Source: Lachnospiraceae bacterium
GTDB lineage: Bacteria; Bacillota; Clostridia; Lachnospirales; Lachnospiraceae
Direction: 5' to 3'
NCBI GenBank assembly: GCA_022510745.1
Contig: JAFLSY010000005.1
Coordinates: forward strand, 153,427 to 217,426
Length of the DNA stretch: 64,000 nt
Shown here: positions 19,309 through 29,653 of the stretch, piece after piece
Numbering within the stretch: the first letter of the stretch is position 1
Layout of the letters: each line of letters begins with the position of its first letter
Notes under the pieces: generated by a model
The model's input: the letters and a program-made list of their open reading frames with translations, nothing else
Told to the model about the DNA's origin: nothing
Database searches by the model: none
Made by a program: the position numbers and the translations under genes

Positions 19309-20505
19309 CTAAAACAACGTCTCAAACCGATCCATTGCTTCTACCGTATTCTCCTTGGTGCCGAAAGCGGTCAAACGGAAGAAATTCTTGCCGTTGTTTC
19401 CAAAGCCTGCGCCCGGAGTTCCCACAACCTGAATCTTATTTAACATAAAGTCAAAGAATTCCCAGGACTCCATGCCCATAGGACATTCAAACCAGATATA
19501 GGGGGAGTTGATGCCTCCAAAGTAGCGGATCCCTTTCTTCTCCATGGTGGCCGCAATGATGCGGGCATTTTCTTGATAGTATTTGATGTTTTCGCGGCAC
19601 TGAGCCATGCCCTCCTCAGTGAAAACCTGTGCGGCACCCTTCTGTACAATATAGGAAACCCCGTTAAACTTCGTAGTCTGTCTGCGGTTCCACATTGCAT
19701 TCAAAAATAACACCCTGCCGTCAGAAGCAGCAAATTTCAGATCCAGAGGTACTATGGTATAACCGCAGCGGGTACCGGTAAAGCCGGCTGTCTTACTTAA
19801 AGAACAGAACTCGATCGCACATTTCTTAGCTCCCTCAATAGCAAAGATACTGCGGGGAAGGCTCTCATCGGTAATAAAACATTCATAAGCGGAATCATAA
19901 AGAATGATGGCATCGTTAGCCAGCGCATAGTCCACCCATTCCCTTAACTGTTCCTTATTGTAAGCAGCGCCGGTCGGGTTGTTGGGAGAGCAGATATAAA
20001 TAATGTCCGCATGCACGTTCTTATCCGGCATGGGAAGAAAATTGTTTTCAGCAGTAGCATTTATGTATGTAACTTTTCTACCGTTCATGACATTAGTGTC
20101 AACATATACGGGATAAACAGGGTCGGGAATCAGGATGATATTGTCCTGTGCAAATAAATCCGTAATGTTGCCGGTGTCGCTCTTAGCACCGTCGGAAACA
20201 AAGACCTCTTTTGCATCAATGGAAACACCGTTACGCGCATAGTAGTCAACAACGGCATTCCGCAAAAAATCATAGCCCTGCTCAGGACCGTAGCCCTTGA
20301 AGGTCTCGGAAGAAGCCTGCGCATCCACACCCTCGTGGAGCGCGTTGATTACATCGCTACCGATGGGACGGGTCACATCGCCGATTCCTAAGCGGATCAC
20401 CTTTTTGTCGGGATTAGCTTCCGTATAGGCGGCTACACGGTGAGCAATTTCGGAGAAAAGATAGCTTTCCTTCAAATTCAAATAGTTCTCATTTAACTTT
20501 GGCAT
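19309..20505 (-). CDS. dapL: LL-diaminopimelate aminotransferase
   Basis: 398 aa starting MPKLNENYLNLKESYLFSEI, with the aminotransferase class I fold (SLSKTAGFTGTRCGY). Confidence 0.9.
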   Translation of the reverse strand: MPKLNENYLNLKESYLFSEIAHRVAAYTEANPDKKVIRLGIGDVTRPIGSDVINALHEGVDAQASSETFKGYGPEQGYDFLRNAVVDYYARNGVSIDAKEVFVSDGAKSDTGNITDLFAQDNIILIPDPVYPVYVDTNVMNGRKVTYINATAENNFLPMPDKNVHADIIYICSPNNPTGAAYNKEQLREWVDYALANDAIILYDSAYECFITDESLPRSIFAIEGAKKCAIEFCSLSKTAGFTGTRCGYTIVPLDLKFAASDGRVLFLNAMWNRRQTTKFNGVSYIVQKGAAQVFTEEGMAQCRENIKYYQENARIIAATMEKKGIRYFGGINSPYIWFECPMGMESWEFFDFMLNKIQVVGTPGAGFGNNGKNFFRLTAFGTKENTVEAMDRFETLF

Positions 20506-20530
20506 AATAAATCCTCCTTTTTATAGCCTT

Positions 20531-21229
20531 TTAAAGCAATGTAAGCATATGTGCGACCAGTGTTGCGGAATGTTTGGCAGCCTCCCTCTCAAAGGTGGGA
20601 TAGTCCATCTCCGCACTGTCATCGGCCTTATCCGAGATAGCCCGTATAATGACAAAAGGGATTCCGTTTAAATAGGCGCCATGTGCAATGGAAGCACCCT
20701 CCATCTCCGCACAGTCACCCTGAAATTCTGTAATGAGGCGCTGCTTTACTTCCTTGCTGGAGATAAACTGATCTCCGCTCACCACTCTGCCCACCCGTAC
20801 TTGAAGGTCGGGATTGACTTCCCGGCAGGAGGTCACAGCGGCGTCTATCATAGCTTGATCCGCTTTAAACTCTCGGAAGCCCATCTGAGGAACTTCACCC
20901 GGCTGGTAACCGAAAATTGTGACATCGATGTCATGGTGGAGAGCGTCTTTGGAAACGAGAATATCGCCAATGTCCAGATCGGCATTTAAGGAACCGGCCA
21001 CACCGGTATTGATAATGTGGCTGACCTCAAATACATCCGCTAAAATCTGTGCACAAAGAGCTGCATTGACCTTGCCGATACCACAGCGTACAATCACGAC
21101 ATCCACACCGCTTAAACGGCCCACACAAAAGTCCATTGAGGCTTTGGTAACAATACGCTCCAGTTCCATCCGGCTCTTTAGCTGTTCCACCTCTAAATCC
21201 ATGGCTCCGATAATTCCAACTTTTTTCAT
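20531..21229 (-). CDS. mtnN: 5'-methylthioadenosine/S-adenosylhomocysteine nucleosidase
   Basis: MKKVGIIGAMDLEV...EMEGASIA...RAISD motifs. Start at ATG 21229 after GAAGGGA. Confidence 0.9.
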   Translation of the reverse strand: MKKVGIIGAMDLEVEQLKSRMELERIVTKASMDFCVGRLSGVDVVIVRCGIGKVNAALCAQILADVFEVSHIINTGVAGSLNADLDIGDILVSKDALHHDIDVTIFGYQPGEVPQMGFREFKADQAMIDAAVTSCREVNPDLQVRVGRVVSGDQFISSKEVKQRLITEFQGDCAEMEGASIAHGAYLNGIPFVIIRAISDKADDSAEMDYPTFEREAAKHSATLVAHMLTLL

Positions 21230-21273
21230 TTTGTACAATCCCTTCTGTTAGATGTTTTTATAAATCCTCGCGA

Positions 21274-21753
21274 TTATTCAGGATAGATTAAGCGGCTTTC
21301 GTCAATATGGTTCAGGACGTTGTCCAAATATCTCTTGGCCAGATAATTAGCCATGCCCAGATTCATATCCAAATAGTTACCGCAGTCCATGGGGGAGGCT
21401 CCGGGCACTTCGTCCTTATAGTCTCTAATGAACTCGAACATTTCGGTTATCAGCGGAACAATGTCCTTGGAAGCATAGTCCCCGACTAAAAGCAGATAGA
21501 ACCCGGTACGGCAGCCCATGGGGCCGAAATAGAGTACCTTTTCCTTGTAGTCTGCATGATTTCTTAAAAAAGTAGCGCCCAGATGCTCAATCGTATGTAC
21601 TTCCGCGGTATTCATGACAGGTTCTTCGTTGGGACTGGTCATGCGCAGGTCAAAAGTGGTAATGGTTTCTGTCCCTGCTTTATCCTTGCGGGATACGTAG
21701 ACACCGGGCTGCAGTTTGATGTGGTCTATAGTAAAACTCGTGATTTTTTCCAT
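21274..21753 (-). CDS. luxS: S-ribosylhomocysteine lyase
   Basis: 159 aa with HTIEHL and GPMGCRTGFY LuxS metal-site motifs. Confidence 0.95.
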   Translation of the reverse strand: MEKITSFTIDHIKLQPGVYVSRKDKAGTETITTFDLRMTSPNEEPVMNTAEVHTIEHLGATFLRNHADYKEKVLYFGPMGCRTGFYLLLVGDYASKDIVPLITEMFEFIRDYKDEVPGASPMDCGNYLDMNLGMANYLAKRYLDNVLNHIDESRLIYPE

Positions 21754-22011
21754 TGCGTAAATCCTTTCTGAATATTTTAGAGTAGGCTGTACAGATAACC
21801 ATATCTACCCAATAGAGTAGCGGATTTAGATGAAAAAGTCAAGGAAATTGGGGGGCTGCACGGCGGCCGGAAAGAGAAAATGTGTCAAGTCAAATCTAAA
21901 TCTTGAAAATAGAGAAAAAACGGCTTATGCTTAAAAGGAAATAGGAAAATTCCGAACGGAAGGGCATCGACAGATGAAAAAGCAGAGAAGTGATAAGGAG
22001 GTAGCAGAATT

Positions 22012-22980
22012 ATGAAATTCGGAATTTTGGCACCGGGCAAGATTGCCCATAAAATGGCAGAGGCGGTATCGGAGATACCGGATTTAGAAAAGTATGCGGT
22101 GGCCTCCAGGGACCTATCCAGAGCGGAGACTTTTGCAAAAAAGTGGAGTTTCGAGAAGGCTTACGGCTCCTACGAGGCTATGTTGGAAGATGAAGCGGTA
22201 GAACTGATCTATGTCGCATCGCCCCATTCCCTTCACTACATGTATGCGAAAATGTGCCTGGAGCATGGGAAGAATGTGCTGGTGGAGAAGCCTTTTACCG
22301 TAAATGCAAAACAGGCGGAAGAACTGATAAAATTGGCAGAGACAAAAGGACTTCTCATAGCGGAAGCCATCTGGACCAGATATATGCCCAGCAGATTTAT
22401 GTTGGAAAAACTGCTGGCTGACGGGGTGATTGGCGAAGTGAGTTCCCTGACAGCCAATCTGGGTTATGTACTGACAGGCATAGAAAGGCTGGAAAAACCG
22501 GAATTGGCCGGAGGCGCGCTGCTGGATTTAGGTATCTATCCTATCAATTTCGCTCTGATGGCAATTCCGGAGGAAATCAAAACAGTCAGCTCTACAGCGG
22601 TCCTTTCTCCCGGAGGCGTGGACTGGCAAAACAGTATCCATATTACTTTTGCTTCGGGAAAAACGGCATTGCTGCACAGCAACATGCGTGCACTGACGGA
22701 CCGCAATGGAATGATTTACGGTGACAAGGGCTATATACAGTTTGTAAATATCAATAACGGGGAAGAGATCCGCGTCTATGACTTACAGTACCGTATGACG
22801 GAGTGCCTGAAGGTGCCGGAACAGATTAACGGTTTCGAGTATGAGGTGCTTTCCTGCATGAAAGCAATACGGGAAGGAAAGACGGAATGTGAAGAAATGC
22901 CACATAGTGAGATACTGCGGGTAATGCGGCTGATGGATGAGCTGCGGGCAGAGTGGGGATTGACCTATCCCTGCGAGTAA
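22012..22980 (+). CDS. Gfo/Idh/MocA family oxidoreductase
   Basis: N-terminal Rossmann fold (MKFGILAPGKIA) and the EKPF motif (VLVEKPFTVN). Confidence 0.85.
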   Translation: MKFGILAPGKIAHKMAEAVSEIPDLEKYAVASRDLSRAETFAKKWSFEKAYGSYEAMLEDEAVELIYVASPHSLHYMYAKMCLEHGKNVLVEKPFTVNAKQAEELIKLAETKGLLIAEAIWTRYMPSRFMLEKLLADGVIGEVSSLTANLGYVLTGIERLEKPELAGGALLDLGIYPINFALMAIPEEIKTVSSTAVLSPGGVDWQNSIHITFASGKTALLHSNMRALTDRNGMIYGDKGYIQFVNINNGEEIRVYDLQYRMTECLKVPEQINGFEYEVLSCMKAIREGKTECEEMPHSEILRVMRLMDELRAEWGLTYPCE

Positions 22981-23007
22981 GGACTGTTTATCGAAAGGAC
23001 GGAAGAA

Positions 23008-23763
23008 ATGCAGACGATCAGCCTGGAGGTGCAACTGAATGAGGAAGATTTAATGAAGCTGATACGCAGATACCGTTTTGCGGAATCGGATTTTACCCAG
23101 CTTTCGGCAGTTTCCCAGGCTATGCAGCCACTGGTACAGGCCAGAGCCTACTATGTGTGGAAGCAGAAAGAAGTGCCTATATCCTATGAGGATTATGCAA
23201 TTGTATTCTTGAGTCTGGGGGACGGTGTAGATGCCCTGCAGGGGGTCTATCTGGATAGAGAAGCGGTGACAGAAGGGTATATGATAGAATGTTTAGCTTC
23301 TGAACTGTTGTCAAAGGCATATAAAGAATGCGTTAGGCTGCTGCAGGCAGAACGAGGAAAATGGGCGGAAAAAATCGATTTTTTGGGAGATACCTATCCT
23401 TTGGAATTGATAGAAGGATTTTATGCTGATTTCGAAGGAATGCCGATTACCTTCAATGCGCAGTATGTTTTACAGCCAAAAAAGAGCGTGGTATTTTTAC
23501 TGCCTATGCATCCCACACAAGAGGGAAAGGAGAATGCACCCTGTCATATATGTGGAAACTGCAAAAATACGGACTGCATTTTCAGAGAAAAGTCCGATAC
23601 TGACAACGTGCGGGCAGAGGAAGATGCGCCGCTTAGAAAGAATCTGCGCTTCGATACGGCAGGTAGCACCTATGGTTATCAGCGTATTTTCGGAAATAAT
23701 CAAAAAGCAGGAGAAAATGAACGAATACAGAAGGGCATGGAAATAAGATGGAAAAGGGACTGA
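23008..23763 (+). CDS. methionine synthase B12-activation-domain-like protein
   Basis: The C-terminal half (LQPKKSVVFLLPM...CHICGNCKNTDCIFR) resembles the clostridial stand-alone Met_synt_B12-like proteins. Recognition from memory only. Confidence 0.45.
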   Translation: MQTISLEVQLNEEDLMKLIRRYRFAESDFTQLSAVSQAMQPLVQARAYYVWKQKEVPISYEDYAIVFLSLGDGVDALQGVYLDREAVTEGYMIECLASELLSKAYKECVRLLQAERGKWAEKIDFLGDTYPLELIEGFYADFEGMPITFNAQYVLQPKKSVVFLLPMHPTQEGKENAPCHICGNCKNTDCIFREKSDTDNVRAEEDAPLRKNLRFDTAGSTYGYQRIFGNNQKAGENERIQKGMEIRWKRD

Positions 23764-24275
23764 TGCATGTCTACTACGGGGATGGAAAAGGAAAGACAAC
23801 CGCGGCAGCCGGTTTGGCTCTGCGGGCAGCAGCGGCAGGAGAGAAAGTTATTTTTGCACAGTTTATGAAAGGCGGCGGGAGCGGGGAGGCAGAAGCCCTC
23901 TCTCATATGGAAGATGTCACGGTTTTAAAAAGTGAAAAACAGTTCCCTTTCTATGAGCAGATGACGGATTCCCAAAAAAAGGAACTAAGAAGTATTCACA
24001 ATGCCATTTTGGAAGAACTTGCTGCAAGGATTGAAGCAGAGGAATGTGGTCTGGCCGTACTGGATGAGATTACTTACCCCTGTAATTGGGGGCTTATAGA
24101 TCAGGAGAAATTACAGACGCTGTTAAAAAATGCCAAGGGGAGAACAGAAATGGTCTGTACCGGCCGCGATCCTGCAGATTTCCTGTTGGAGCAGGCGGAT
24201 TATATTACAGAGATGAAATGTATTCGGCATCCGTTTGAAAAGGGAGTTGCCGCAAGAGAAGGTGTGGAATATTAA
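23748..24275 (+). CDS. cob(I)yrinic acid a,c-diamide adenosyltransferase (CobO/BtuR family)
   Basis: HVYYGDGKGKTTAAAGLALRAAAAG P-loop, FMKG and LDEITY motifs. Confidence 0.85.
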   Translation: MEKGLMHVYYGDGKGKTTAAAGLALRAAAAGEKVIFAQFMKGGGSGEAEALSHMEDVTVLKSEKQFPFYEQMTDSQKKELRSIHNAILEELAARIEAEECGLAVLDEITYPCNWGLIDQEKLQTLLKNAKGRTEMVCTGRDPADFLLEQADYITEMKCIRHPFEKGVAAREGVEY

Positions 24276-24286
24276 AGGACAAAACA

Positions 24287-24325
24287 AAAGCCCATCTGCG
24301 ACACGTGTGTCACAAGATGGGCTTT
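24287..24325. terminator. bidirectional intrinsic terminator between convergent genes
   Basis: AAAGCCCATCT...AGATGGGCTTT stem flanked by A-runs and T-runs, between the cobO-like (+) and rubredoxin-flavin reductase (-) genes. Confidence 0.6.
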
Positions 24326-24358
24326 ACATTTATCCGATCATATGAAATACAGATAGTT

Positions 24359-24982
24359 TTATTTCACTACCTTTTCAAAATCCGAAGCAGGATGCTTGCA
24401 CAGAGGACAGATGAAATCTGCCGGCAGTTCCTCGCCCTCGTATTCATAACCGCAAACCGTGCAGCGCCAAACAGTTTTGCCACTGGGAGAGGTACCTGCT
24501 GCCTGAGGCTTGGGTTTGATGTTTTCCTGATAGTAGCTATAGGTTGTGGAAGGTACACTGGATAAAACTTCCATATCCGTCACTTCAGCGATAAACAGGG
24601 TATGTGAGCCTAAGTCCTGACTGGAAACTACCTTAGCGGAAATGTACGCATTGGTTCCTATTGCAATGTAAGCTATGCCGTTTTCGGATCGGCCCCAGCC
24701 TTCTAAATCCGCAAATTTATCAGCATCCCTGCCGGACTGGAAACCAAAGCGTTTAAACAGATCAAAGGACGCTGCCTCACTGATAATGGAAACATTGAAA
24801 ATGCCGGTTTTCTGAATGATATCGTGGGTATAATTTGCTTTGTTGACCGCAATACTGATACGGTTAGGTTCCGAGGTAACCTGAGCGGCCGTATTGATGA
24901 TACAGCCATTGTCCTTGCCGTCCAAATTGGCGGTCAGAACGAATAAACCATAGGTAAGATTGTACATTGCTTTTTTGTTCAT
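24359..24982 (-). CDS. flavin reductase domain protein fused to C-terminal rubredoxin
   Basis: N-terminal flavin reductase-like domain plus WRCTVCGYEYEG...CPLCKHP rubredoxin CxxC pairs. Confidence 0.85.
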   Translation of the reverse strand: MNKKAMYNLTYGLFVLTANLDGKDNGCIINTAAQVTSEPNRISIAVNKANYTHDIIQKTGIFNVSIISEAASFDLFKRFGFQSGRDADKFADLEGWGRSENGIAYIAIGTNAYISAKVVSSQDLGSHTLFIAEVTDMEVLSSVPSTTYSYYQENIKPKPQAAGTSPSGKTVWRCTVCGYEYEGEELPADFICPLCKHPASDFEKVVK

Positions 24983-24999
24983 AGTATTATACTTCCTTT

Positions 25000-25389
25000 C
25001 TATATTTTATTTTCTAAACAATGGGTGCAGGTACCGTAAAAATAGGTGACATGCCCGTCCACTTTCCCGGCAAAATCCATATCAGAAATAGACAGAGCAG
25101 GATTGGAGTATGTCAGAGGAAAGTCGGTAATACTGCCGCATTTTTTACAAACAAAGTGATAATGAGGAGAGGTATCATAATCAAAATGGTCGATGCCATC
25201 GCCAATACGCAGACGCGTAATTTCACCGCGCTCAGCTAAAAGAGTAAGATTGCGGTAGACCGTTCCCAGACTGATATTGGGAAGTCGTTTTCGCATGGCG
25301 GTATAGACATTGTCCGCGGTAGGGTGGTCCTTGCGGGAGCAGAGATAAGCTTTGATTTCTTCTCTTTGCCTGCTGTATTTGGTAGCCAT
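25000..25389 (-). CDS. Fur family transcriptional regulator (PerR-like context)
   Basis: 129 aa with the winged helix (ISLGTVYRNL), HHFVCKKCG and CTHC metal sites. It lies upstream of the oxidative-stress-type rubredoxin gene. Confidence 0.85.
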   Translation of the reverse strand: MATKYSRQREEIKAYLCSRKDHPTADNVYTAMRKRLPNISLGTVYRNLTLLAERGEITRLRIGDGIDHFDYDTSPHYHFVCKKCGSITDFPLTYSNPALSISDMDFAGKVDGHVTYFYGTCTHCLENKI

Positions 25390-25405
25390 ATACCCTCCTT
25401 TAAAA

Positions 25406-25420
25406 TAGTAACAATTACTA
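25406..25420. promoter_or_regulatory. candidate Fur/PerR-box (7-1-7 inverted repeat)
   Basis: TAGTAAC-A-ATTACTA lies just upstream of the Fur-family gene start, and 6 of 7 arm positions are complementary. Confidence 0.3.
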
Positions 25421-25547
25421 TTTTTATTATAAAATTTTTTATTAAAAAGTCAATTGGTTTATACTTTTTTTAGGATATTCTTCTTTTCAATTAATTTTCT
25501 TTTGGAAAAAACAATGGTATAATCAGAACAGAATCGAAATACGGGGG

Positions 25548-27038
25548 ATGAATATGAAATTCAGGACAAGGTTGTGGGTAACCTTCGCCATTATGGTCAT
25601 TATACCCTTAGTGCTGACGGCGGCCGCTTTTATCATCATAGGCACGTTTCTGATGAGAGGTCAGCGGCTGAACGGCTTTACCGAGATTGATTATTCTACC
25701 ATATCAGACAGTATGGAAACGGTAGGGGCCCAGACCCAGGCCCTCTATGAGGAACTGCTGTTTCAGTTGGAAAAAGATCCGGCGGCTTTTGAAAGTCAGG
25801 AATATTTAGAGAGCGTTTCCGGTAGCATCAACAAAAAGAACTCTTACATTCTGGTCAGGAAGGATGAAGAAATCTTTTATACCGGAAACACAAAAGCGGC
25901 GGAACAGATTTGGGACAGATTGCCTGCTTATGGGCAGAGTACAACGGAAAAAAGGACCGGATACTATTTTAGTGAACTGCAAAAGTATGTAAAACAGCTG
26001 GATTTTGTTTTTTCGGACGGCAGTCAGGGCAGTCTCTTCATTATCACCCGGGTGAACAGCCTTATTGCCCGTCCGCTGCTTATTGACATGGTAGTAGCAA
26101 TTATCGGGGTTTTGGTCTTTACAAGTTTTCTGCTGACCCAGTGGATACATCGCGGCGTGTTTGAACCGATCAATCAGTTAAATATCGCCATGCGTAAGAT
26201 CAAAGACGGTAATTTCGACTATAGACTTTCCAATGACTCCAAGGGGGAAATCGGAGATCTGTACCGCAACTATGAGGATATGAGGCTGCGCCTGAAAGAG
26301 TCCACGGAGGAAAAACTGCAACAGGAAAGTCAGAACAGAGAGCTTATCAGCAATATTTCCCATGATCTAAAGACTCCCATTACCGCTATCAAAGGGTATG
26401 TGGAAGGTATCATGGACGGCGTGGCGGACACCCCGGAGAAGATGGATAAGTACATTAAAACCGTTTACAATAAAGCCAACGACATGGACAGGCTGATCAA
26501 TGAACTGACGATCTATTCGGGAATTGACAATAACCGTATACCCTATCATTTCCATCGCATCAACGTAGCCGATTATTTCGGGGACTGCGTGGAAGAGGTG
26601 GGAGTGGAGCTGGAATCCAAGAATATCGAATTGAATTATTCCAATCTGGTGTCGCCGGATACCATGATTATTGCGGACCCGGAGCAGATGAAACGTGTCA
26701 TCAGCAATATCATCAGCAACAGCATCAAATATATGGACAAGGAAAAGGGCATTATCGACATCCGTATTCTGGATGAGGTGGATTCCATTAGAGTCGAAAT
26801 AGAGGATAACGGGAAAGGAATTGCACCCAAGGATTTATCCAATATATTTGAGCGGTTTTATCGAACGGACGCTTCCCGCAACTCCTCTACGGGCGGGAAC
26901 GGAATAGGCCTTTCCATTGTGAAGAAGATCGTGGAAGACCACGGGGGCTATATATGGGCCACCAGCAAAGAAGAGGAAGGCACATGCCTGCATTTTGTGA
27001 TCAGGAAATATAAAGAACAGAGAAAAGATGCTGATTGA
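25548..27038 (+). CDS. sensor histidine kinase (HAMP-HisKA-HATPase)
   Basis: Two TM segments, H-box SNISHDLKTPIT, N/G boxes DNGKGI and GNGIGLSIV. Confidence 0.9.
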   Translation: MNMKFRTRLWVTFAIMVIIPLVLTAAAFIIIGTFLMRGQRLNGFTEIDYSTISDSMETVGAQTQALYEELLFQLEKDPAAFESQEYLESVSGSINKKNSYILVRKDEEIFYTGNTKAAEQIWDRLPAYGQSTTEKRTGYYFSELQKYVKQLDFVFSDGSQGSLFIITRVNSLIARPLLIDMVVAIIGVLVFTSFLLTQWIHRGVFEPINQLNIAMRKIKDGNFDYRLSNDSKGEIGDLYRNYEDMRLRLKESTEEKLQQESQNRELISNISHDLKTPITAIKGYVEGIMDGVADTPEKMDKYIKTVYNKANDMDRLINELTIYSGIDNNRIPYHFHRINVADYFGDCVEEVGVELESKNIELNYSNLVSPDTMIIADPEQMKRVISNIISNSIKYMDKEKGIIDIRILDEVDSIRVEIEDNGKGIAPKDLSNIFERFYRTDASRNSSTGGNGIGLSIVKKIVEDHGGYIWATSKEEEGTCLHFVIRKYKEQRKDAD

Positions 27039-27060
27039 TAAAAGTAGGAGGTAGAGAGAT

Positions 27061-27753
27061 ATGAGTAAAATATTGATTATTGAAGATGAAGAAGAAATTG
27101 CCGATTTAGAAAAGGATTATCTGGAACTCAGCGATTTTGAGGTAGAGATCAAAAATACCGGGAATGAAGGTTTGGAAGCGGCACTGCAGGGCAATTTCGA
27201 TTTGGTAGTGTTGGATTTGATGCTGCCGGGAATAGACGGCTTTGAAGTCTGCAGGAGAATCCGTGAAGAAAAAAATATTCCCATTATCATGGTTTCTGCA
27301 AAGAAGGACGATATTGATAAAATCCGGGGACTGGGACTGGGTGCCGACGATTATATAACCAAGCCCTTTAGCCCCAGTGAGCTGGTAGCCAGAGTCAAAG
27401 CCCATATGGCAAGGTATGACAGGCTGGTGGGGACTGCGACAAAGCCGCAAAATGATATGGTGGAAATCCGGGGCATTCGGATTGATAAGACAGCCAGAAG
27501 AGTCTATGTAGACGGGGAGGAGAAGTCTTTCACCACCAAGGAATTCGATTTGCTGACCTTTTTGGCGGAGAATCCCAACCATGTCTTTACCAAAGAAGAA
27601 CTGTTTAGGGAAATCTGGGATATGGATTCCATAGGGGATATTGCCACCGTAACCGTTCATATCAAGAAAATCCGGGAAAAGATAGAGTACGATACGGCCA
27701 AACCTCAGTATATCGAAACCATTTGGGGCGTCGGATATCGGTTCAAAATATAG
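27061..27753 (+). CDS. OmpR-family response regulator
   Basis: Receiver domain (DLVVLDLMLPGIDG) plus a winged-helix output (IETIWGVGYRF). Confidence 0.95.
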   Translation: MSKILIIEDEEEIADLEKDYLELSDFEVEIKNTGNEGLEAALQGNFDLVVLDLMLPGIDGFEVCRRIREEKNIPIIMVSAKKDDIDKIRGLGLGADDYITKPFSPSELVARVKAHMARYDRLVGTATKPQNDMVEIRGIRIDKTARRVYVDGEEKSFTTKEFDLLTFLAENPNHVFTKEELFREIWDMDSIGDIATVTVHIKKIREKIEYDTAKPQYIETIWGVGYRFKI

Positions 27754-27765
27754 CAGGAGTTTACC

Positions 27766-28467
27766 ATGCGGACAAAAATACTTTATGAGGATAAGGATGT
27801 TCTGGTGGTACACAAACCCGCAGGATTGGCGGTACAGACCGCCCATGTAGGACAGCAGGATGTGGAAAGCGAACTGAAAAACTATTTGGCAGGGAAAAAC
27901 GCTTCTCCCTATCTGGGAATCGTCCATAGGCTGGATCAGCCGGTGGAAGGGGTTTTGATATTCGCAAAAACAAGGAAGGCTGCAGCGGATTTAAACAGGC
28001 AGCTGCAGAGAGGTGATTTCTGCAAGGAGTATCTGGCGGTAATCTGCGGAAGTCCACAACAGAAAGAGCGGGAACTTATAGATTATCTGTTAAAAGAAAA
28101 AGGCAGAGCGCTTGTGATTGGGCCGGTCGGGAACTCACCCAAGGATGCGAAACGGGCAGTTCTGCACTATAGGGTAGAGGCACAGAATGAAACCGCAGCA
28201 GGGGAGCTCTCCCTTTTGAGAATATGGCTGGAAACGGGACGGTTTCATCAAATCCGGGCACAGCTTTCCCATGCGGGTTTTCCGATTTTAGGAGACAGCA
28301 AATATGGCAGTGAGGCTTCCGGGCAAATGAACAGTGAGCTGGGAATTCGGCATACGGCGCTGTGCGCATGCAAATTGTGTTTTTCTCATCCGGCAAACGG
28401 GAAAGAAATGGAATATGCCGTAAATCCTGAAAATCCGGCTTTTTCTTTCTTTGAGCCGGACAAATAA
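27766..28467 (+). CDS. RluA family pseudouridine synthase
   Basis: HRLDQPVEGVLIFAKT catalytic Asp motif and GRFHQIRAQL. Confidence 0.9.
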   Translation: MRTKILYEDKDVLVVHKPAGLAVQTAHVGQQDVESELKNYLAGKNASPYLGIVHRLDQPVEGVLIFAKTRKAAADLNRQLQRGDFCKEYLAVICGSPQQKERELIDYLLKEKGRALVIGPVGNSPKDAKRAVLHYRVEAQNETAAGELSLLRIWLETGRFHQIRAQLSHAGFPILGDSKYGSEASGQMNSELGIRHTALCACKLCFSHPANGKEMEYAVNPENPAFSFFEPDK

Positions 28468-28544
28468 TTTTAGATAAATGACCCATACTAAGTACCAGAT
28501 AAAATTTAGTGGTTTAAAAGAATTTGCGGAAAGGCTGGTCTGGT

Positions 28545-29645
28545 ATGCGGGACGGAAAAAAATGGACAGAAAGTAAAACGGTAGTACTGCTTCTAATTAC
28601 AGGAGCAGTCTATTTTTTTCTGCGATTTATCAGTCCGTTATTAACGCCGGTCATGCTGGCAGGCATTTTTCTTACACTCTGCTATCCGACCTTTGATGAT
28701 ATCCAGAAAAAAACAAAAATTAAAAAGCAGTACATGGCCAGCGCCATTCTGCTGTTAATCTGTGCGGCACTCATTATTTTGGTGTGGTTCTGCGGCGCCC
28801 AGCTGTTAAAACAGATTCCTGTCTGGGTCGGAGAAATAGATCATTTACAGGAAGATATTCAGGCAGTGGTGAAGCAGGGCTGTGAAAACGTGGGAAATCT
28901 TTTCGGACTGGAAACAGAAAATCTAAGCGCGACACTCATAGAACAGGTAAATATTTTTGTGGAAAACTTTCAGGAACAGGCATTGCCCGGTGTACTGGGA
29001 GAGTCCTGGGGCTATATCCTGCATCTCATTTCCATTATCGCGGTGCTGGCGGTCACCATGATTGCAACGGTGCTGTTCGCAAGGGACTATGATGCCATTC
29101 TTTCCAAGGTGGGAGCGCACAGAGAAAGCCGCATTATTTTAGAAATTGCACTGCGGGTTATCCGTTATCTGGCTGTTTTTGTAAAGGCCCAGTTTTTGAT
29201 CATGCTTACAATTGGGACAATCTGTGTACTGGCATTGTCGCTGGTACGAGTGGAAAACGGCTGGATATTTGGGGTGCTGGCAGGTGTGCTGGATGCGCTG
29301 CCTTTTATCGGTACCGGCGTAGTATTGGTGCCCCTCGCCGTCTGGCAGCTCATACAGGGTTATTACGGCAAAGCGCTGATCTGTGTAGGTGTCTATGCAG
29401 TCTGTGTGCTGGTGAGGCAGTTTATGGAGCCGAAACTGATAGGAAAAGAGGCGGGCTTTTATCCGGTGGCAATTCTGATTGCGGTTTATGCCGGGCTGCG
29501 GCTGTTTGGGCTCTGGGGTATTATTAAAGGACCGGTGGGTCTTGTTATGATAAAACAGGCCTATGAGGCCTACTGCCGTCTGGTTGACGGGGAGAAGCAA
29601 AAGGATTATGATGGTGAAAAAGATTCCTGTGGAGAGGATATTTAA
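28545..29645 (+). CDS. AI-2E family transporter (PerM/YtvI-like)
   Basis: Multi-TM protein with the conserved LDALPFIGTG region. ATG 28545 chosen over the TTG 28524 of the ORF track. Confidence 0.75.
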   Translation: MRDGKKWTESKTVVLLLITGAVYFFLRFISPLLTPVMLAGIFLTLCYPTFDDIQKKTKIKKQYMASAILLLICAALIILVWFCGAQLLKQIPVWVGEIDHLQEDIQAVVKQGCENVGNLFGLETENLSATLIEQVNIFVENFQEQALPGVLGESWGYILHLISIIAVLAVTMIATVLFARDYDAILSKVGAHRESRIILEIALRVIRYLAVFVKAQFLIMLTIGTICVLALSLVRVENGWIFGVLAGVLDALPFIGTGVVLVPLAVWQLIQGYYGKALICVGVYAVCVLVRQFMEPKLIGKEAGFYPVAILIAVYAGLRLFGLWGIIKGPVGLVMIKQAYEAYCRLVDGEKQKDYDGEKDSCGEDI

Positions 29646-29653
29646 GTATTTGC

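Noticed and set aside
27106-27927. 273 aa minus-strand ORF
   Set aside because: It is fully antisense to the high-confidence response regulator and the RluA start. The sequence is low-complexity and Phe/Ile/Gln-rich with no motifs, so it is a shadow ORF.
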